A DNA stretch of 56,334 bases from assembly GCA_038256565.1 (NCBI GenBank), contig JBBSKG010000002.1, positions 1-56,334 on the forward strand, in the 5' to 3' direction. The stretch is from Acidimicrobiales bacterium. GTDB lineage: Bacteria; Actinomycetota; Acidimicrobiia; Acidimicrobiales; CADCSY01. Made by a program: the position numbers and the translations under genes. This document shows, piece by piece, positions 51,401 to 56,334 of the stretch (its first letter is position 1; each line of letters begins with the position of its first letter). The notes under the pieces were generated by a model that did not search any database, was not told the DNA's origin, and saw nothing but the letters and a program-made list of their open reading frames with translations.

Positions 51401-52948
51401 GTGAGTGACGTCGGGTTTTGGAAGATTGCCCAGTCTGATCCTGATCGACTTGGTTTGGTCGATGCCGAAGGCGTGGAGTCCACGTTTGGAGAGTTGCTCT
51501 CGCGGGCAAACCGAGTAGCGCATGGTCTGCGTGCCCTGGGGCTCACCCGGGGCGACAACGTTGCGGTTGTCTTGCCCAATGTGAGCGAGTTCCTCGAAAC
51601 GTACATGGCAGCAATGCAGATTGGGCTTTACATCACCCCGATCAACTTCCATCTAACTGGCCCAGAGATCGCTTACATCCTTAGCGATGCCGAGGCCAAG
51701 GCATTTATTCTTAGTGAGCGCTATGCAGACAATGGAACTGCTGCAATCAAAGAGATCGGCTTCCCCGAATCACACGTATTTGCTGTTGGAAAAATTAAGG
51801 GGCTGCAGTCGTACGAGCAGTTGGTTGAAGGTCAGCCGACAACTTTGCCCGAAGACCGTTTCGCAGGCCAGACAATGCTTTACACCTCGGGAACGACAGG
51901 TCGACCCAAGGGAGTGCGCCGAGCGCTTAGCGATATGGACCCTGATACTGGGGCAAGTTTGGCGTCGCTGTTGGCAGGCTTGTTCGACATCAAGGGCGGC
52001 GAAGGGGCGCATCTTGCAGCAGGTCCGCTTTATCACGCAGCTCCTCTCGGCTTTGGCACCGGTGCGATGCATCTTGGACAGGCCATTGTTCTTATGGACA
52101 AGTGGAGCCCTGAGCTAACGCTGAAGCTGATTGACAAGTATCAGATCACGACTTCGCACATGGTTCCAACGATGTTTCATAGGCTGCTTGCCCTTCCCGA
52201 CGATGTTAAAAAGCAATACGACACAACATCGTTGGCCAACGTCATTCATGCTGCCGCACCGTGTCCGGTTGATGTGAAGCGACGCATGATCGAGTGGTGG
52301 GGTCCGGTCATTTATGAGTACTACGCAGCGACTGAGGGCGGCGGTACATACGTGAAGTCACCCGAGTGGCTCGAACACCCCGGGACGGTTGGTCAACCTT
52401 GGCCAGGGTCAGAGATAAAGATCTTTGATGACAAGGGAAATGAGTGTGCTCCGAATGAATCGGGCACCGTTTACATGCGCACGGCAATGGGTCAGTTTGA
52501 GTATTACAAAGACCCAGAAAAGACCGCCGAGAGTCGCCATGGCGACATGTTCACTGTTGGAGATATTGGCTACCTGACCGAAGATGGCTGGCTTTTCCTT
52601 AATGACCGTAAGGCAGACATGATCATCTCGGGGGGCGTGAATATTTATCCTGCCGAAATCGAGGCAGCGCTTTTGACACACCCTCAGGTTGGTGACGCTG
52701 CTGTATTGGGTGTTCCAAATGAAGAGTGGGGCGAAGAGGTTAAGGCTGTGATCGAGCCTGCACATGGGGTTACGCCAACGCCAGCTTTGGCAGAAGAACT
52801 CATTACGCATTGTCGAGAGCTGCTCGCCAATTACAAGGTTCCTCGTTCAATTGACTTTAGAGACGAGCTGCCCCGTTACCCGACAGGCAAGCTCTACAAG
52901 CGTCTATTGCGCGATGAGTATTGGAAGGGTATCGAGCGCAAGATCTAA
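51401..52948 (+). CDS. Acyl-CoA synthetase (AMP-forming adenylate-forming enzyme family)
   Basis: 515 aa. AMP-binding motif MLYTSGTTGRPKGV, plus YYAATEGGG, GDIGYLTEDGWLFLNDRKADMIISGGVNIYP and PTGKLYKR. Confidence 0.9.
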   Translation: MSDVGFWKIAQSDPDRLGLVDAEGVESTFGELLSRANRVAHGLRALGLTRGDNVAVVLPNVSEFLETYMAAMQIGLYITPINFHLTGPEIAYILSDAEAKAFILSERYADNGTAAIKEIGFPESHVFAVGKIKGLQSYEQLVEGQPTTLPEDRFAGQTMLYTSGTTGRPKGVRRALSDMDPDTGASLASLLAGLFDIKGGEGAHLAAGPLYHAAPLGFGTGAMHLGQAIVLMDKWSPELTLKLIDKYQITTSHMVPTMFHRLLALPDDVKKQYDTTSLANVIHAAAPCPVDVKRRMIEWWGPVIYEYYAATEGGGTYVKSPEWLEHPGTVGQPWPGSEIKIFDDKGNECAPNESGTVYMRTAMGQFEYYKDPEKTAESRHGDMFTVGDIGYLTEDGWLFLNDRKADMIISGGVNIYPAEIEAALLTHPQVGDAAVLGVPNEEWGEEVKAVIEPAHGVTPTPALAEELITHCRELLANYKVPRSIDFRDELPRYPTGKLYKRLLRDEYWKGIERKI

Positions 52949-53046
52949 GGACCAGTGACAAAACTACTTGCGCGGCGCTTACAGGTTTAGCCTTTTGGTT
53001 TACTCACTTTCGGCCCTTGGCCGCGCAAGTAATTTTGTCTCGGGTC
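52949..53046 (-). repeat. MITE-like hairpin repeat, copy 3 (98 nt, inverted orientation, flanked by CTAA on both sides)
   Basis: The reverse complement aligns with copy 1 over its full length at about 90 percent identity by manual alignment. CTAA occurs at 52945..52948, which includes the acyl-CoA synthetase TAA stop, and again at 53047..53050. Confidence 0.85.
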
Positions 53047-53104
53047 CTAACGTGCGGGTTCGATCGAACTCGTTTATTCCCGCCTACCTCTAATATGAGA
53101 GTTT

Positions 53105-55717
53105 GTGGGTAATGAAGAGGTAGTAGCCAGCTTGTCGCAAAAGATGATGGGTTCGTTGCTGCCCACTGATGGCGAACATTTTGCCTCACTTCTCGACAGC
53201 TTTTTATGGAACATCCCTGTTGCCTTGGGCTTTGTTGATACTGATTTACGGTTTTTGCGCGTTAACGAAGCATTAGCCGACCTTGTTGACGTGCCTGCCG
53301 AGGCGCATCCAGGTCTCTTGATAAGTGAAGTAATCCTTGGTCTTGACGACTCGGTACATCGCATTTTGAGAAATGTTGTTGGAACCAACGAGACCATCAT
53401 GAATCTTGAGGTCGAACGAATCAGGCCAACTACTCAGACTGATGGAACTTCGAGCGCCGACGTTTGGTTGCTGAGTTTCTACCCAATCGTTGGGTCTCTG
53501 GGCGAAGTTTTGGCTGCGGGCATTGTCATCATCGACATGACTGACCGCAGGCGAGAGCGCGAAGAGCGCCTGCGCTTGTTGAGCGCCGAACAGCAGGCTC
53601 GACGTCTTGCCGAAGAGGCGGTGGGTCGTCTTGCTACCCTGCAGGCCCTTACGGTTTGTTTCTCTGGAACTCGAACTATCGATGACATAGCGACAGTTGT
53701 CCACACAAATTTGAGAATCCAACATGGTCTGTTTCGTACGGATCTGCTCTTACTTACTGACGAGGGTTTTGTGTCCACTGGCAATAAATCAGTGGACAAA
53801 GTACCTGAGATGGTGGCTACGGCCTCTGATGAAACCACCTTATATCGCATGCAAGCGGAGGCGGCGAGAACTGGCCATATGGTGATAGATCACCAGCATG
53901 CAAGTGGCACGGTCGTTGTCGTTCCTCTTGTTGGAAAGGGCTTTGTACTGGGTTTGCTTGTCTTGGCTTGGTGCGGAAAGCGTCCGATTGAGTCGGGAGA
54001 CAGCGATCTTCTAACTGCAATAGGCGAGCAATGCGTTCAGGCCGTAGAGAGAGCCCGTCTGCATCTTGGTGAGCTAGAAGCTCGTGAAAGGCTTTCTCTC
54101 TTGGCTGAGGCCAGCCGTTTATTGGCTTCATCGCTCGATGACGAGGCGACGCTGGCAGCAGTAGCAAAGCTCGTAGTTCCTGAGGTGGCTGACGTATGCC
54201 TTGCATATGTGCAAAGGGATGAGGGCCTTTTTCTTGTTGGTGCAGCTCACACCGACCCGGCACAAATGCGCATGCTGGAAGCTCGCGTGCGAAGTGGTGA
54301 GCTGCATCCGCTCGAGGAACTCGAACACGTGGCGCGCACGGGTGAGCCTGTTGTTTATCTCGGGAGTGGAGTGGGTGCGCCTGGGTTGGGCACTGATGCA
54401 TTGACGACCGATCGTCGTCGTAGCGCTCGACTTGCTGTTCCGCTTCGCGTTAAAGAACGCAACTTGGGAGTGCTTTCGCTTGCTATGGCTCAGTCGGGTC
54501 GGTCATTTCGTTCGACTGATTTGGAGTGGGTCGGTGATTTGGCGACGCGCGTTGCTGGGGCGGTCGATAATGCGCGCCTCTACCGAGAACGCGCCACGGT
54601 TGCGCACAATTTGCAGCGAAGTCTCCTTCCTCCTTCCTTGCCAATCATCGCTGGCTTTGAGATTGCCGCTCGCTATCATCCCGTTGGAGACGGAAGCCTC
54701 GTTGGCGGAGATTTTTACGACGTATTTACCATGAGGGAAGGCCAGTGGGGTGTCGTGATGGGCGATGCTTCAGGCAAGGGAGTAGATGCTGCATCACTAA
54801 CTTCACTTGCGCGCCATACGGTTCGTGTCGCTGGACGCCGGGAATCAAGCCCTAGCAAAGTGCTTGAGATATTGAATCAGGCGATTATCGACGCCGATGT
54901 TGATGAGCGTTTTTGCACCATCGTTCATGCTTGGGTAGAGATCACCGAACAAAGTGCCAAGGTCCGGTTCTCGTTGGGTGGACATCCAAGCCCCCTGTTG
55001 GTCAGGGCCGATGGACGGGTTGAACCCGTCGGTCGTTGGGGAAGCGCAATTGGTTTGTTTCCTGACCCAGAACTTGCAGATGACGAGATTGAACTGTTTC
55101 CCGGTGACGCTTTGGTGCTTTATACCGATGGTTTGACTGAGGCTCGTTCACCCCAGGGCGTGTGGGGTCATGGGCTCTTGGAAGTTGCTATTGAGCAGAG
55201 CAAAGGCCTTGATGCCACGGCGATGGCAGTCATGGTTGAACAGGCGATTTTAAGCTTCGAAGAAGATCAACCTCGTGACGACATTGGGCTATTGGTGTTG
55301 CGCATGCCTTACCCCCAAGAGGCTGTGATGGGTGCTGGAATGACCAAACGTTTCTATGCAGAGCCAACATCAGTCGCTGCGGCACGCCATGAGGTTCGCG
55401 AGTGGTTGATTCAGCAAAATTTCGATGGAGTAGTTATTGATGACGTAGTACTGGTTATTTCCGAACTCGTTACAAATGCAGTGAGAGTTGCTCGTAGTCA
55501 TGTAGATGTCAGGGCATGGTCGACGAAGGCATGGGTCACCGTAGAGGTGGTGGACGACGGTGATGGCCTGGTAAATGTTGAAGTATCAGATGCGTGGCCA
55601 GATGATGACGCAGAACGCGGACGCGGCCTTATCATGGTGCGGGCCCTTGCAAGCGATTGTGAGATCACGCCAGGTTCGTGGGGGACCATGGTTCGTACTC
55701 GCTTCGCTCGGCCCTGA
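53105..55717 (+). CDS. Multidomain regulator: PAS-like, GAF, GAF, PP2C (SpoIIE-type) phosphatase and C-terminal HATPase_c (RsbW-like anti-sigma kinase) domain
   Basis: 870 aa with a GTG start. GGDFYDVF...GVVMGDASGKGVDAA and LYTDGLTEA are SpoIIE/PP2C motifs. The C-terminus ISELVTNAVRVA...VVDDGDG...RGRGLIMV is HATPase_c_2-like. Confidence 0.85.
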   Translation: MGNEEVVASLSQKMMGSLLPTDGEHFASLLDSFLWNIPVALGFVDTDLRFLRVNEALADLVDVPAEAHPGLLISEVILGLDDSVHRILRNVVGTNETIMNLEVERIRPTTQTDGTSSADVWLLSFYPIVGSLGEVLAAGIVIIDMTDRRREREERLRLLSAEQQARRLAEEAVGRLATLQALTVCFSGTRTIDDIATVVHTNLRIQHGLFRTDLLLLTDEGFVSTGNKSVDKVPEMVATASDETTLYRMQAEAARTGHMVIDHQHASGTVVVVPLVGKGFVLGLLVLAWCGKRPIESGDSDLLTAIGEQCVQAVERARLHLGELEARERLSLLAEASRLLASSLDDEATLAAVAKLVVPEVADVCLAYVQRDEGLFLVGAAHTDPAQMRMLEARVRSGELHPLEELEHVARTGEPVVYLGSGVGAPGLGTDALTTDRRRSARLAVPLRVKERNLGVLSLAMAQSGRSFRSTDLEWVGDLATRVAGAVDNARLYRERATVAHNLQRSLLPPSLPIIAGFEIAARYHPVGDGSLVGGDFYDVFTMREGQWGVVMGDASGKGVDAASLTSLARHTVRVAGRRESSPSKVLEILNQAIIDADVDERFCTIVHAWVEITEQSAKVRFSLGGHPSPLLVRADGRVEPVGRWGSAIGLFPDPELADDEIELFPGDALVLYTDGLTEARSPQGVWGHGLLEVAIEQSKGLDATAMAVMVEQAILSFEEDQPRDDIGLLVLRMPYPQEAVMGAGMTKRFYAEPTSVAAARHEVREWLIQQNFDGVVIDDVVLVISELVTNAVRVARSHVDVRAWSTKAWVTVEVVDDGDGLVNVEVSDAWPDDDAERGRGLIMVRALASDCEITPGSWGTMVRTRFARP

Positions 55718-55736
55718 TCTTCGATAGCTTTCAGGT

Positions 55737-56334
55737 ATGACATTCCCAGGCGTGTTTAGCGCGATCGGTGCTCAAAATTGTGACCCCGGTTCGGGGGTGG
55801 TTTGTGACGCTGTGTTTCGTCTTACCGAAAGCAAATTCGTGGGTGAAGTTGCAGACATAGTTTTTTCAAAGGGTTTACGAGTGGTGCTTATTGCAGGCAT
55901 GGCCTGGCTGGGAATTTATTTTGCGAACCGTTTCATAAAGCACCTGGTCGAAAGAATTCGTCGGCTGCCTTTGGTGCGAGGAAGCTCAGGCATTCTTATT
56001 GCACGAGCTGTTCAACGTGGAGCGATCATCAGTTCGGTTTTGCACAGCGCTACGGCAGGTGTTGTTTGGACAATGGCAGCGTTAATGATTCTGGCCGAGC
56101 TAGGTCTGAACCTTGGCCCCTTAATTGCTGGTGCTGGTATCGCTGGTGTTGCTCTTGGGTTTGGTGCACAGAGTCTCGTGCGTGATTTTCTATCTGGGCT
56201 TTTTATTCTCTTTGAAGATCAGTTCGCCATGGGCGATGAGATTGAACTTGTCGAAGTTTCGGGAACAGTCGAAGGATTCACGTTGCGCATCACGAAGTTG
56301 CGAGATGAAAACGGCAAGATTTGGTACGTTCCAA
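55737..56334 (+). CDS. Mechanosensitive ion channel (MscS family); the 3' end lies outside the window
   Basis: The frame is open from ATG 55737 to the window end. It is not in the ORF track because it has no stop. GIAGVALGFGAQSLVRDFLSGLFILFEDQFAMGDEIEL is a typical MscS TM3/beta-domain junction. Confidence 0.85.
   Translation, partial: MTFPGVFSAIGAQNCDPGSGVVCDAVFRLTESKFVGEVADIVFSKGLRVVLIAGMAWLGIYFANRFIKHLVERIRRLPLVRGSSGILIARAVQRGAIISSVLHSATAGVVWTMAALMILAELGLNLGPLIAGAGIAGVALGFGAQSLVRDFLSGLFILFEDQFAMGDEIELVEVSGTVEGFTLRITKLRDENGKIWYVP

Noticed and set aside
31127-53050. Whether the repeated elements could be a CRISPR array.
   Set aside because: The copies are about 100 nt, internally palindromic, and dispersed at 1-kb and 20-kb distances in both orientations. 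There are no regularly spaced short repeats and no cas genes.

Overview
This is a 56.3-kb chromosomal window, probably from an actinobacterium. That placement is inferred from gene content: a suf operon with an embedded Rieske gene, an MMPL transporter, a TIGR03086/DinB-like protein, many GTG starts and ATGA/TAATG coupled genes. I support about 55 protein-coding genes, 2 clear pseudogenes, 3 copies of a ~100-nt MITE-like repeat and several palindromic candidate regulatory sites. I found no rRNA, tRNA or CRISPR array by eye.

Housekeeping content:
- Fe-S assembly split into two transcription units: sufB-sufD-Rieske-sufC on the + strand, and a second sufC-sufS-sufU on the - strand 11.7 kb away.
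- thiS-thiE, aceE, an M50 site-2 protease, and an MMPL transporter.
- Three acyl-CoA dehydrogenases and an acyl-CoA synthetase.
- A Liv-type ABC importer, a PAS-GAF-PP2C-HATPase regulator, and a partial MscS channel.

By eye the base composition is mosaic. Backbone genes are moderately GC-rich. Three patches look clearly more GC-rich: about 7.7-14.7 kb, 18.2-19.4 kb and 22.0-29.2 kb. These patches carry the accessory cargo:
- TA-like modules, including vapBC and an HTH plus nucleotidyltransferase pair.
- A mobile mystery protein A/B pair (Fic).
- A decayed vapC.
- DUF234-type ATPases, one intact and one decayed.
- A secreted spherulin-4/FN3 protein.
- An uncharacterised two-gene cassette.

The candidates I think most deserve a second look:
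1. A 73-nt near-perfect palindrome in front of the intact DUF234 ATPase gene.
2. The TTAG-flanked hairpin repeat family.
3. The coupled small-protein plus 767-aa single-TM protein cassette at 10.66-13.35 kb.
4. Two uncharacterised envelope proteins translationally coupled inside the Liv ABC operon.
5. A shared partially palindromic motif in front of both suf units.

All domain calls come from motif recognition by reading the sequence. No database search or computation was run.
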